DNA from: Clostridia bacterium
Lineage (GTDB): Bacteria > Bacillota > Clostridia > TANB77 > CAG-465
Assembly (NCBI GenBank): GCA_045651205.1
Contig: JAZRSA010000050.1
Coordinates: forward strand, 29,723 to 93,722
Length of the DNA stretch: 64,000 nucleotides
Direction: 5' to 3'
Shown one piece after another: positions 27,986 through 37,809 of this stretch (the stretch's first letter is position 1; each line of letters begins with the position of its first letter). The notes under the pieces were generated by a model that was given only the letters and a program-made list of their open reading frames with translations, made no database searches and was not told the DNA's origin. A program made the position numbers and the translations under genes.

Positions 27986-29782
27986 ATGTGCGGAATTATA
28001 GGATACGCTTCAAAGAATTTAGATTCTTGTAGCGTTGCATTGTCATGCTTAAAAAACTTAGAATACAGAGGTTATGATTCCTCTGGTGTCGCTACTAGCG
28101 AACAGGGAAAAATCAATATGTATAAAGCGCAAGGAAAAATCGCTAATCTAGAAGATAAAATCAAATACAATGATATATTTGCTTCTACTGCTATTGCGCA
28201 TACAAGATGGGCTACACACGGAGAGCCAAGTGAGACTAACGCTCACCCACACAAAGTTGGGCACGTTACATTAGTGCATAACGGAATCATCGAAAACTAC
28301 TCAGATATTAAACAAGATTTATTATCTAAAGGAATGAATTTTGTTTCTGAAACAGATTCTGAAGTTGCATGTGGATACATTAATTATATGTATGAAAAAA
28401 CTGGAGATAAAATGGCAAGTATAAAAGCCGCTTGTGATGAATTTAGAGGTTCTTATGCTCTACCAATTATCTTTGACGATGAGCCAAATACAATTTATTC
28501 TGTTAGAAAAAACAGTCCATTAATTGTAGGTCTTAGCGATAACGGAAACTTTGTATCTTCTGACGTTTCTGCAATACTTAATTATACAAATAAGTATATG
28601 CTATTAGATAACGATGAATATGTTAAGGTTACAAACGATTCAGTTGAGATATTTGACTCTAATCTTAATAAAATAGATAAAGCAGTAGATACAGCTACTT
28701 GGAGTGCTGTGGAATACCAAAAGAATGGTTATGACCACTTCATGTTAAAAGAAATCTATGAACAACCTAAAGTTGTTAAAAACATATTAGGCAAGTTCTA
28801 TGATGATATAGACTTCACAAAATACGATAATATACACATCGTTGCTTGTGGTAGTGCTATGCATGCTGGTATGGTTGCTAAATACCTTTTAGAAAACAAC
28901 GCTAAAATTAGAACTACAGTAGAAATTGCATCTGAATACAGATACAAAGAAAATCTAATTACACCTTCTACTCTAGTTATAATAATATCTCAATCTGGTG
29001 AAACTGCAGATACATTAGCTGCACTACGTTTAGCAAAAGAACAAGGTGCATATGTTTTAGCTATTGTTAATGTTGTTGGTTCTTCTATCGCTCGTGAAGC
29101 AGATAAAACAATATACACTTATGCAGGTCCAGAAATAGCTGTTGCTACAACTAAAGGATATTCTTCACAAGTTGCTACATTAACAAACGTAGCTCTTACA
29201 ATAATGAAACAAAAAGGATTATTACAAGATTCTGTAATGGATGCATTCTATGAAGATGTAGAAAAAATAGAAACACTTGCAGAAGATTTAATTAATTCTA
29301 GAGATATGTATAAAGCTATAGCAAACAAGTTATATACTCACGAAAATGTATTATACATTGGTCGTGGCATAGATAGTGCAAGTTGTATGGAAGGTTCTCT
29401 AAAACTTAAAGAAATCTCTTACATACACTCAGAAGCGTATGCAGCAGGCGAATTAAAACACGGTACAATATCACTTGTAGATCAAGGAACACCTGTTATA
29501 ACTATCGCTACAGTAGACAATCTATATGAAAAAACAATAAGCAATCTAAAAGAAACAAAAGCTCGTGGGGCTTATACCCTACTAATAACTACAGAAAACC
29601 AAAATGTAGAAAATATAAAAGACTCATTAGATGATGTAATTATTCTACCTAAACTTTCTGAATTTTTACAATCACTACTTGTAGTTATTGTTCTTCAATT
29701 AATTGCTTACGAAACAGCTATACTAAGAGGCGCAGATATAGACAAACCTAAAAATCTTGCTAAATCTGTTACTGTTGAATAA
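27986..29782 (+). CDS. glmS: Glutamine--fructose-6-phosphate aminotransferase
   Basis: MCGI, EYRGYDS, HTRWATHG, SQSGETADT, KNLAKSVTVE. Confidence 0.98.
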   Translation: MCGIIGYASKNLDSCSVALSCLKNLEYRGYDSSGVATSEQGKINMYKAQGKIANLEDKIKYNDIFASTAIAHTRWATHGEPSETNAHPHKVGHVTLVHNGIIENYSDIKQDLLSKGMNFVSETDSEVACGYINYMYEKTGDKMASIKAACDEFRGSYALPIIFDDEPNTIYSVRKNSPLIVGLSDNGNFVSSDVSAILNYTNKYMLLDNDEYVKVTNDSVEIFDSNLNKIDKAVDTATWSAVEYQKNGYDHFMLKEIYEQPKVVKNILGKFYDDIDFTKYDNIHIVACGSAMHAGMVAKYLLENNAKIRTTVEIASEYRYKENLITPSTLVIIISQSGETADTLAALRLAKEQGAYVLAIVNVVGSSIAREADKTIYTYAGPEIAVATTKGYSSQVATLTNVALTIMKQKGLLQDSVMDAFYEDVEKIETLAEDLINSRDMYKAIANKLYTHENVLYIGRGIDSASCMEGSLKLKEISYIHSEAYAAGELKHGTISLVDQGTPVITIATVDNLYEKTISNLKETKARGAYTLLITTENQNVENIKDSLDDVIILPKLSEFLQSLLVVIVLQLIAYETAILRGADIDKPKNLAKSVTVE

Positions 29783-29810
29783 TCCTTTTAGTATAAAAGC
29801 TAGAATATAG

Positions 29811-29842
29811 TAAAACCGAGTAAGATATCTTACTCGGTTTTA
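29811..29842. terminator. Bidirectional terminator (perfect 32-bp palindrome)
   Basis: TAAAACCGAGTAAGAT|ATCTTACTCGGTTTTA. Confidence 0.88.
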
Positions 29843-29873
29843 TTTTTATATTTATTAATTATATTGACTAATT

Positions 29874-30887
29874 TCATTTTATTAAAGTAAAGTCTGTTGT
29901 TGTTCCAACTTTGGCAAGTATACTTGCTTTTAAACAAATAACCGGTTGTACTTCTTTACTAGCAGTATATCCTGCGTATGCTAATTCGCTTGATGAAAAA
30001 CTCATTACTCCGCTTAAAGAAGAATATACAGGCGAAGCCATCCATACATAGTTGTTCTTTGATACATATGGTTTTTTACCATTTATTCCACCGATGCTTG
30101 CTCCACCATTTATTTTATACCCCAATGGTCCCAATGTTATTTCTATTTTAGGTTGATATCCTTTTGCATTCCATCCTGCCACTAGCAATTCTATAGTTGG
30201 TCCACCTATTGCTCCCACTACATTTTCGCCATAAGTCTCTGCATTTGCGAAATTAGAATAGTCTTTTATTAGTTTAACTACCGCCTTACTACTGTTAGCA
30301 TCATTATTACTTATTCTATCTGCTAAAATGAATTTTTCAAACTCTCCAACTCTAAATATATCATATAGTTCTTTTTCTTTTTCTGTTAAATCAGTTACTG
30401 AATAATTTGTAATCAAATCTGTATTGCCAACATTTTCTGCTGAAATTAAATATACATATTCGCTATTATGATAATATATTTCCCATTTGTCATACTTTGT
30501 TCCATCGACTGTAACAACATAATCTACTGTATCACCATAATTATCTGGTGTTATCAAAGAACCTAATGGTTGAATAGAAGTTTTATTTATAACATCTACT
30601 CCGTTTTCAGTTACTATTATATTCCATTTATCTTCTGTAACTCCTTGATTTGCAAGTTCTTGTTTTACAATTGTTGTAATATTATTTTTCTTTGCCTCAT
30701 CTAAATATGCATCCATCCATATTATTGTAGCTAATTCTTGCACCTGCTTTTCATTGTTTAAATCAACCCCTTGATTTGCTTTATTTATTATATTTGTGTT
30801 ACTTAATGTAATTACTACACTTGCTGCTAATATTATCATTACTATTATTGTTATAACTAATACTATTAACGATATTCCTCTTTTCAT
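29874..30887 (-). CDS. Type IV pilin-like protein, class B N-terminus, with a variable C-terminal domain
   Basis: MKRG-ISLIVLVITIIVMIILAA; EKQVQELA..W..AYLDE shared with 37138..37713. Confidence 0.85.
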   Translation of the reverse strand: MKRGISLIVLVITIIVMIILAASVVITLSNTNIINKANQGVDLNNEKQVQELATIIWMDAYLDEAKKNNITTIVKQELANQGVTEDKWNIIVTENGVDVINKTSIQPLGSLITPDNYGDTVDYVVTVDGTKYDKWEIYYHNSEYVYLISAENVGNTDLITNYSVTDLTEKEKELYDIFRVGEFEKFILADRISNNDANSSKAVVKLIKDYSNFANAETYGENVVGAIGGPTIELLVAGWNAKGYQPKIEITLGPLGYKINGGASIGGINGKKPYVSKNNYVWMASPVYSSLSGVMSFSSSELAYAGYTASKEVQPVICLKASILAKVGTTTDFTLIK

Positions 30888-30905
30888 CTTTTGTTCTCCT
30901 ATAAA

Positions 30906-30951
30906 AAATATGTTATATACGAATAATATAACATATTTCTATTTATTTCAA
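30906..30951 (-). promoter_or_regulatory. 13-bp inverted repeat overlapping a sigma-A-like promoter of the pilin-like gene
   Basis: AAATATGTTATAT-acgaata-ATATAACATATTT at 30906-30938; minus-strand TTGAAA-17-TATTAT. Confidence 0.5.
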
Positions 30952-30960
30952 TATTTAATT

Positions 30961-33042
30961 TTAATACTTTACACTTGGCACTAATACTTCATTTACCTCT
31001 TTATTTACATTTTCGTTAGATATATCAAAATATTCTTCAAGTATTGGTTTTACTATATTTGCAACAGCTGTACCAGAATCTCCGTGTTCTACTATTGCTA
31101 CTACTGCTATTTGTGGGTTTTCTATTGGAGCAAATCCAACGAATACACCGTTAGGATGTCCACTAGATACTTGTGCAGTTCCTGTTTTTCCTGCTACTTC
31201 TATATCCGAATTCTTAAATACTATGTAAGATGTACCACCTTGTTCTGATGTAACAGACTTCATTCCTTCTACTACTGCATCAACATGTTTTTGATTCAAG
31301 TTTAATTTAGTAGATATGAACTTGTATCCTGTTACTTTTTCTATATGTGTAAGTAAGTCTTCAGAACTCACATATTCATCTTCTGCATTCACAACATTCT
31401 TTATCAATGTTGCTCTATTTAACGTTCCACCATTTGCAAGTGTTGCTATGTAGTTTGCAAGTTGTACAGGTGTAAACGAGTTATATGATTGTCCAATAAC
31501 TGCAGATAATGTATCTCCTAGATACCAATCCATATTTTTGTTAGCCCCTGCAATCATACCTTTGGATTCACCATAAAGTTCTACTCCAGTCTTATTTCCA
31601 AGTCCAAACATTTGGCAGTACTTAACAAGGTTATCTATTCCCATTCTTCTTCCTACTTCATAGAAGAAGCAGTTACAAGATACTTTTATTGCATCACTTA
31701 CATTTACCCAACCATGAGTTCTTCCATAGTATGAATAAACCCAACACATTGGATGGTTTGCATATTCGTATCTACCATTTGCTTTTATCTTTTCTGTTAT
31801 TGTTATTACCTTGCTATCTAATCCAGCAAGTGCACTTAACATCTTGAATGTTGAACCTGGTGAGTACGTTCCAGATATTGCCCTATTAAACATAGGCTTA
31901 CTTGTGTTGGCCATTATCTTTTTCCAAGAACTATATTTTATTCCAGATACAAATTCATTTGGATCAAACGTAGGATAACTTGCCATAGCAAGTATCTCTG
32001 AGCTATTTACATCTATAGCTACAACTACGCCAGATGTGGCATCAGATTTTTTAGAATAACCCGGTGCACCAGTTCTAATATTATCTATAATTTTCTTAAG
32101 ATTCTTTTCTGCCACTTGTTGTAATCTATAGTCTATTGTTAAAGTAACATTGTTACCAGAGTCCGCCTCTTTGTATATATACTCTCCAGCGATTTCACCT
32201 TCTGCATCAACTTCAGTTCTTTTAATACCATTGCTTCCCTTTAAGAAAGCTTCCATAGTAGTTTCTATACCCATTTTACCAATTATACTGTTATATGTGT
32301 AACCTTCATCTTTTAGATCTTTATATTCTTCACTACTAATTTTACTTACATAACCCAAAAGATGTGCTGCAATTGTTCCATATGGATAATATCTTTTAGA
32401 GTTAACATTTATCTCTATTCCTGGCAATTCACTCTTTAACTCTTCTATCATAGCCATTGAGTTATATGATATATCCTTTGCTAAAGTTACAGACCTAAAC
32501 AATGAAAATGGATTTGTTCCTATTTCATATCTTAATGCTACAAGTTTATTCTTAATCTCATTTGTTATATTTAGTTTATTTAGATCGTACTTAATGTATA
32601 AATATTCTAGAATCTCTACTGTTGTACTTTTTGAATCTATCTCATAAGTTTCGCAGATTTTTTCTTTATCTTCGTCACTATAGAATTCATTATCTTCCAT
32701 TGGAAAAGATGATGTGTATTCATCTTTATTTTGTTCTAATATATTTAATAACTTAAGTAATGTATTATTTAAATTTTCATCCCCTACTTTAAATATTTCT
32801 ACATCATATGCAAGTTTACTTGTTGCAAGAACAACGCCATTTCTATCATAAATTTCACCACGTGGCGCTTCTATTGTTGTTTCTCTTAACATTTTCTTTT
32901 CTGATTGTTCCCTATAACTTGCACCATTTATTATTTGTAAATCTACTAAACGGAAAGCAAAAACAATCCCAATAATTACTACTAGGATTTTTAATATTAA
33001 TATTCTGTTTTCAAAAAAATTAACATTAACTTTAAATTTCAC
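30961..33042 (-). CDS. mrdA: Penicillin-binding protein 2 (class B)
   Basis: APRGEIYDRNG, PGSTFK, SCN, KTGTAQ; follows mreD. Confidence 0.94.
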   Translation of the reverse strand: MKFKVNVNFFENRILILKILVVIIGIVFAFRLVDLQIINGASYREQSEKKMLRETTIEAPRGEIYDRNGVVLATSKLAYDVEIFKVGDENLNNTLLKLLNILEQNKDEYTSSFPMEDNEFYSDEDKEKICETYEIDSKSTTVEILEYLYIKYDLNKLNITNEIKNKLVALRYEIGTNPFSLFRSVTLAKDISYNSMAMIEELKSELPGIEINVNSKRYYPYGTIAAHLLGYVSKISSEEYKDLKDEGYTYNSIIGKMGIETTMEAFLKGSNGIKRTEVDAEGEIAGEYIYKEADSGNNVTLTIDYRLQQVAEKNLKKIIDNIRTGAPGYSKKSDATSGVVVAIDVNSSEILAMASYPTFDPNEFVSGIKYSSWKKIMANTSKPMFNRAISGTYSPGSTFKMLSALAGLDSKVITITEKIKANGRYEYANHPMCWVYSYYGRTHGWVNVSDAIKVSCNCFFYEVGRRMGIDNLVKYCQMFGLGNKTGVELYGESKGMIAGANKNMDWYLGDTLSAVIGQSYNSFTPVQLANYIATLANGGTLNRATLIKNVVNAEDEYVSSEDLLTHIEKVTGYKFISTKLNLNQKHVDAVVEGMKSVTSEQGGTSYIVFKNSDIEVAGKTGTAQVSSGHPNGVFVGFAPIENPQIAVVAIVEHGDSGTAVANIVKPILEEYFDISNENVNKEVNEVLVPSVKY

Positions 33043-33047
33043 GTTTA

Positions 33048-33548
33048 TTACTCCATACCTTTATTTATTTTTGCTAGAATAAAGAACAATATATATGCTG
33101 CTAATATGTTTACTATAACAGATTTTAGCAATGCTATTAATATTGCTATTACTCCAATTGTTAACCCTGCGGTAAATATATTTATTAACAGCGTTAACAC
33201 CTCAAAAACAAGAATACCTATTGTTGTATATACAGCAACAGAAAAAGGTGTATCTTGTTTATATACATTTTTCATACTTTCTAAAATTATACTTAAAAGT
33301 ACAAATATTACTAAATATTTAGCTAGTGTATGCCCTAATAATAAATCCGAAATTATACCCGCTATCATAGACAAGTATACGTGTCTTTTAAATGAGTTTA
33401 CCATTATTGTTACTATTACAAAGCATGCGACTAAATTAAATTTAGCACCAAACAATTCTGTATTATTGAAAGTTTTAAATTGCCAAACACATATTATTAA
33501 TAATATTAATATATTTAGAATGTATGTTAATATTTTCTTTAACATCAA
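33048..33548 (-). CDS. mreD: Rod shape-determining protein MreD
   Basis: Hydrophobic 166-aa protein between mreC and mrdA; GIISDLL. Confidence 0.8.
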   Translation of the reverse strand: MMLKKILTYILNILILLIICVWQFKTFNNTELFGAKFNLVACFVIVTIMVNSFKRHVYLSMIAGIISDLLLGHTLAKYLVIFVLLSIILESMKNVYKQDTPFSVAVYTTIGILVFEVLTLLINIFTAGLTIGVIAILIALLKSVIVNILAAYILFFILAKINKGME

Positions 33549-33554
33549 ACTCCC

Positions 33555-34397
33555 CTACTTTACTATTATTCCTACCATATCTAGAGAATCTAAATTAACA
33601 AAAGTCTCTACTATAGCATATCTATCTATTTCATTCTTCCTATTTTTAATGCTCTTTATTATTCCTACAGGAATACCTTTTTTATATAAACCACCAATAC
33701 CTGTTGTATATACTTTCTCGCCTTCGGCAAGTTCTGTATCTATTGGTATATTTACAAGTTTTACTGTATGACTTCCTGTTAAGCTGTATTCTCCTTTTAT
33801 TAAAGCAAGTTTGTTTATATTTGAAATTTGCACACTTACAGAAGTTCCTGGCTCAAGTATAGTTGTAACTGTACTTGTTGTTTCATTTACTTCTGAAATA
33901 TATCCAACTAAACCTTGTTCTGCAATTACAGTTTGTCTTTTTTCTATTCCGTCTTTAGAACCTTTATTTATTACAAATGTTTCATTCCAAGTTTCATAAT
34001 TTCTTGAAATTATATTTGCATAAACTTTTTCAAAGTGACTATAATTTTCTTCTATTTTTAGAAGATCTCTTAAATCTTCATTTTCTACTTCTAAAGCATC
34101 TATTTCTATTTGTAATTGCTTCGCTTTAGTTAATTCTTCTTCTAATTGTGCTATCTTTTTATTTAACTTTTTAGTGTTACCAAAGAAAGAAGTTCCATCT
34201 TTAAATACTCCAGCTATAGTTCCTGTTACTCCATCTACAAACCCAACTACAGTAGATGAAACTTTAGTCATAAAAGGAACCTTAAGAATAGCTAGTAAAT
34301 AAATTGATATAATTACGCAAACACACGTAATTATACCAATTAATAGTTTATTCTTTTTTTCTTTTCTTCTTTGCTTGGCATCCCTCATGTAATTCAT
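33555..34397 (-). CDS. mreC: Rod shape-determining protein MreC
   Basis: TM + coiled coil (ENEDLRDLL), INKGSKDGI, GLVG, TTGIGGLYKKGIPVG. Confidence 0.93.
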   Translation of the reverse strand: MNYMRDAKQRRKEKKNKLLIGIITCVCVIISIYLLAILKVPFMTKVSSTVVGFVDGVTGTIAGVFKDGTSFFGNTKKLNKKIAQLEEELTKAKQLQIEIDALEVENEDLRDLLKIEENYSHFEKVYANIISRNYETWNETFVINKGSKDGIEKRQTVIAEQGLVGYISEVNETTSTVTTILEPGTSVSVQISNINKLALIKGEYSLTGSHTVKLVNIPIDTELAEGEKVYTTGIGGLYKKGIPVGIIKSIKNRKNEIDRYAIVETFVNLDSLDMVGIIVK

Positions 34398-34408
34398 AGT
34401 TATGCTCC

Positions 34409-35425
34409 TTATTTTCTTCTTGTTTTAATAGATTTCTTTAGTACCTCTATATTTGATAATGCGCTTCCAACTCCTCTTGCAACACATTCTAAAGGATTGT
34501 TTGCAATATATACTGGAATTCCTATTCTATCTGATATATATCTATCTATATTTTTAATATATGCTCCTCCACCACAAACAGCAATACCTTTTTCCATAAT
34601 ATCTGCCGCAAGCTCTGGTGGTGTTTTTTCTAATGTTATGTTTATAACCTTTATAATTTCTTCAAGTATTCTTTTCATCGCAGTTTCAATATCTGATGTT
34701 GTTACAGTTATTGTATCTGGAAGACCTGTTGTTAAGTTTCTTCCTTTTACTTGCATTCTTTCTTCTGTCATTGATGAGAATGCAGCTCCAATTGTATTTT
34801 TAATTTCTTCTGCAACATTGTCTCCAATTAATACATCAAATTTATTTTTAACATACTCTATTATATCTTTATCTAAATCGTCTCCAGCTGTACGAATAGC
34901 ATTTGAAATTACTATTCCTCCTAAAGATATAACCGCTACTTCTGTAATTCCACCGCCAATATCTATTACCATAGCCCCTTCAGGACTATCCACTTTAATA
35001 CCAGCACCTATGGCTGCTGCCATAGCTTCTTCCATTACATATACTTCTTTAGCGCCAGAAAGATATGCTGTTTCTTCTACAGCTCTTTCTTCTACATCTG
35101 TAACTCCAGATGGTACACATATTACTACACGTGGTTTAGATAATACGCTTTTGTTTGTACATTTTTTAATGAATTCTTCAAGCATCATTCTTGTACCATA
35201 GAAGTTTGCGATTACTCCACCTTTAAGTGGTTTAACTGCAAGAATATTATCTGGTGTTCTACCAAGCATTTCTTTAGCAACATTACCAACTGCTAAAACA
35301 TCACCTGTTACATCATTAATTGCAACAACTGTTGGTTCTCTAAGCACTATCCCTTCACCTTTAACATATATTTGTGTTGTTGATGTTCCTAAATCTATTC
35401 CTATGTCTTTTGCCATCAGTTTCAT
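34409..35425 (-). CDS. mreB: Rod shape-determining protein MreB
   Basis: DIGIDLGT, EPTVVA, PLKGGVIA, DIGGG, TPPELAADI. Confidence 0.95.
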   Translation of the reverse strand: MKLMAKDIGIDLGTSTTQIYVKGEGIVLREPTVVAINDVTGDVLAVGNVAKEMLGRTPDNILAVKPLKGGVIANFYGTRMMLEEFIKKCTNKSVLSKPRVVICVPSGVTDVEERAVEETAYLSGAKEVYVMEEAMAAAIGAGIKVDSPEGAMVIDIGGGITEVAVISLGGIVISNAIRTAGDDLDKDIIEYVKNKFDVLIGDNVAEEIKNTIGAAFSSMTEERMQVKGRNLTTGLPDTITVTTSDIETAMKRILEEIIKVINITLEKTPPELAADIMEKGIAVCGGGAYIKNIDRYISDRIGIPVYIANNPLECVARGVGSALSNIEVLKKSIKTRRK

Positions 35426-36144
35426 AATATTCTCCCTCCTATAAATAGCTCATTATTTGTTTCTTTTATACTTGTATATCCATTAGCTCCAATTATTATA
35501 TGATCTAATACTGTAATATCAAAAAGAGACGCATAGTCTATAATCTTTCTTGTTAAAAGTATATCTTGTCTACTTGGAGTGGTGTCTCCACTCGGATGAT
35601 TATGTACTAACACTATAGAACTTGCAAGTTGTTTTATTGGTTCACTTAATATTTCTTTAGGTGATACCATAGATTTGTTAGTCGCTCCCATACTTACTGT
35701 TATTACAGATTTAACATATGCTTTAGCATCTAACAATACAACTTTAGCCATTTCGACTCTAGCTTCTTTAAGTTCAGTAGATAACATATCATATATTTGC
35801 TTTGGGCCAGTTATCTTTATTTTTGTTTCGTTTAATTTATTACTATTTATTCTTTTAGCAAGTTCTAGTACAGCTTTAATTTGTATAGCTTTTACTCTAC
35901 CAATTCCAGGAACTGTTATAAGTTCAGCTATAGAAGCTTCTTCTAAATATTTAAATCCAGCATGGCCATTCTCATGATTAGTTAAAAGAATTCTTGCTAC
36001 ATCTACCGAGTTTAAATCTTTAGTTCCAGATTTTATAATAATTGCTAAAAGCTCTGCATCCGTAAGTACTAAGCTACCATACTTTTCAAATTTCTCGTAC
36101 GGCCTGTCCTCTAGAGGTATATTCTTAATACTTAATTTATCCAC
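35422..36144 (-). CDS. radC: RadC-family JAB-domain protein
   Basis: RPYEK, ELLAII, GIGRVKA, HNHPSGD..PS..D, LDHIII. Confidence 0.94.
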   Translation of the reverse strand: MDKLSIKNIPLEDRPYEKFEKYGSLVLTDAELLAIIIKSGTKDLNSVDVARILLTNHENGHAGFKYLEEASIAELITVPGIGRVKAIQIKAVLELAKRINSNKLNETKIKITGPKQIYDMLSTELKEARVEMAKVVLLDAKAYVKSVITVSMGATNKSMVSPKEILSEPIKQLASSIVLVHNHPSGDTTPSRQDILLTRKIIDYASLFDITVLDHIIIGANGYTSIKETNNELFIGGRIL

Positions 36145-36147
36145 TTA

Positions 36148-36390
36148 TTACACTTTCTTTACTATAATTAGTGCAATTACAAGACCAATTATAGATGCTA
36201 TATTTAAATTCATCATAAAGCCAAAAGTTAATTCTATTATACTTAAATCTAGCTTTATTGGAGCTGTTAGTCCTAGTGATTTACCATATGATAAAAAGCT
36301 TAACGCTGGTACACTCGAAGCCAATGTTCCTAAAAATCCCCCAATAATTATCCCAGAAAAAACTATTAATGTTTTAATAAGATTTTTCAT
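36148..36390 (-). CDS. DUF4321-like small membrane protein
   Basis: Start MKNLIK after AAGGAGG; LDLSIIELTFG..NLNIASIIG; usual position upstream of maf/radC. Confidence 0.75.
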   Translation of the reverse strand: MKNLIKTLIVFSGIIIGGFLGTLASSVPALSFLSYGKSLGLTAPIKLDLSIIELTFGFMMNLNIASIIGLVIALIIVKKV

Positions 36391-36558
36391 TGTTTCCTCC
36401 TTAGTTTTACACGTCATCATTATATAACGAAAACCCAAATATTTCAACTATATTACAAAAATATGTCATTAAATTTTTAGACAAAATCTTGCACTATTCT
36501 ACATTTGCTTTTTATCTAAAATTGTAGTAAAATATTGTCATCGAAATGAGGTAATATT

Positions 36559-37080
36559 ATGGGTAAAAAAATAGATTTAGAAAAAGAACAAGAAAGATTA
36601 AAAAAGCTAAAAGAAAAAGCTGAAAAGAAATCTAAAGGCTTTATTGCAGAGTTTAAACAATTTGCTACTAAAGGCAACGTAATAGACATGGCTATTGGTG
36701 TTATTATCGGTACTGCGTTTACTAAAATAGTAAACTCGCTTGTAAACGATGTAATAACTCCATCACTATCTATCCTTACAGGAAAAATAGATTTCTCAAG
36801 CCTATTTGTTTCATTAGATGGATTAACATATGAATCTGTAGAGGCTGCTAAAGAAGCTGGCGCAACAGTAATAAATTACGGCCAATTCTTAACTAACATA
36901 GTAGACTTTTTAATGGTTGCACTATGCTTATTTATATTCTTTAAAGTATTCTTTAAAGCAAAACGCAAAAAAGAAGAAGCTCCAAAACCAGTTACTACTA
37001 AAAAATGTCCATACTGCTTAAGCGAAATACCACTAGAAGCAACACGTTGTGCACATTGTACATCTGAATTAAAAGAATAA
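36559..37080 (+). CDS. mscL: Large-conductance mechanosensitive channel with C-terminal Zn ribbon
   Basis: EFKQFATKGNVIDMAIGVIIG, INYGQF, CPYC..CAHC. Confidence 0.95.
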   Translation: MGKKIDLEKEQERLKKLKEKAEKKSKGFIAEFKQFATKGNVIDMAIGVIIGTAFTKIVNSLVNDVITPSLSILTGKIDFSSLFVSLDGLTYESVEAAKEAGATVINYGQFLTNIVDFLMVALCLFIFFKVFFKAKRKKEEAPKPVTTKKCPYCLSEIPLEATRCAHCTSELKE

Positions 37081-37098
37081 TTAATATATAACTCATAA

Positions 37099-37133
37099 AA
37101 AAAGAATCAATCCAATAAAGATTGATTCTTTTT
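37099..37133. terminator. Bidirectional intrinsic terminator
   Basis: AAAAAGAATCAATC...GATTGATTCTTTTT. Confidence 0.85.
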
Positions 37134-37137
37134 ACTA

Positions 37138-37713
37138 TTAAAAATCCTCAGCGGAAGCTTTTGGAACATAATTTCCAGCTACGATTTCTTCATTCATATA
37201 AAAACTTTTTTGTGTAGTTTCTTCAACCATTGGCCACCCACCCGGTGTATAAACGTTAATATTTGTATCGTCCGGACTCATTACAAATTCATATTGTAAT
37301 TTTTTCCCTTCTCCATACCATATAAAATCATACCATGTTGTTCCTTTATCGACGGTATACTCCACATTCAAAAATGTAAATGTAACTTTCTCCGCTGATG
37401 TATTATTTTTAGATGTAACCACAACACCTGTGTCAGATACTGTTATATTCCAATTTGTATCTGTTATACCTTGTGCTGCAAGAGCATCTTTAACAGCCTT
37501 TTCCATTGTATCTGTTCTAGACTCATCTAAATAAGCTTCCGCCCAAGCTAATGCCGCTAAATCTTGTACCTGCTTTTCATCTGTAAGTTGTACTGCTTGA
37601 CCAGCTCTGTCTATAATTCCATTATTACTCATAGCTATAACAACAGCCGCTGCCAATATTATCATTACTATTATTGTTATTACTAAAACTATTAAACTTA
37701 TTCCCTTTTTCAT
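37138..37713 (-). CDS. Type IV pilin-like protein, class B N-terminus, with a short C-terminal domain
   Basis: MKKG-ISLIVLVITIIVMIILAA after GGAGG; EKQVQDLA..W..AYLDE. Confidence 0.85.
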   Translation of the reverse strand: MKKGISLIVLVITIIVMIILAAAVVIAMSNNGIIDRAGQAVQLTDEKQVQDLAALAWAEAYLDESRTDTMEKAVKDALAAQGITDTNWNITVSDTGVVVTSKNNTSAEKVTFTFLNVEYTVDKGTTWYDFIWYGEGKKLQYEFVMSPDDTNINVYTPGGWPMVEETTQKSFYMNEEIVAGNYVPKASAEDF

Positions 37714-37809
37714 TAGTTTAACCTCCATATATATTTAGTCTATTACAAAACATATTTTTAAGCAATACATATATAAAAAAAGCATCATTTTTTGATGCTT
37801 TTTGTTTCT

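Noticed and set aside
29811-29842. Perfect 32-bp palindrome as a recombination or mobile-element end
   Set aside because: Its position between convergent genes and its A/T flanks fit an ordinary bidirectional terminator; no second copy was seen.
34371-35201. 276-aa plus-strand ORF, and similar long antisense ORFs over def, rnr, trmB, mreC/D and ftsY
   Set aside because: Shadow ORFs opposite well-conserved genes, with Ser/Ile/Phe-rich composition typical of antisense frames.
36960-37080. Zinc ribbon fused to MscL
   Set aside because: An architecture I recognise as common in anaerobe MscL proteins; not novel.
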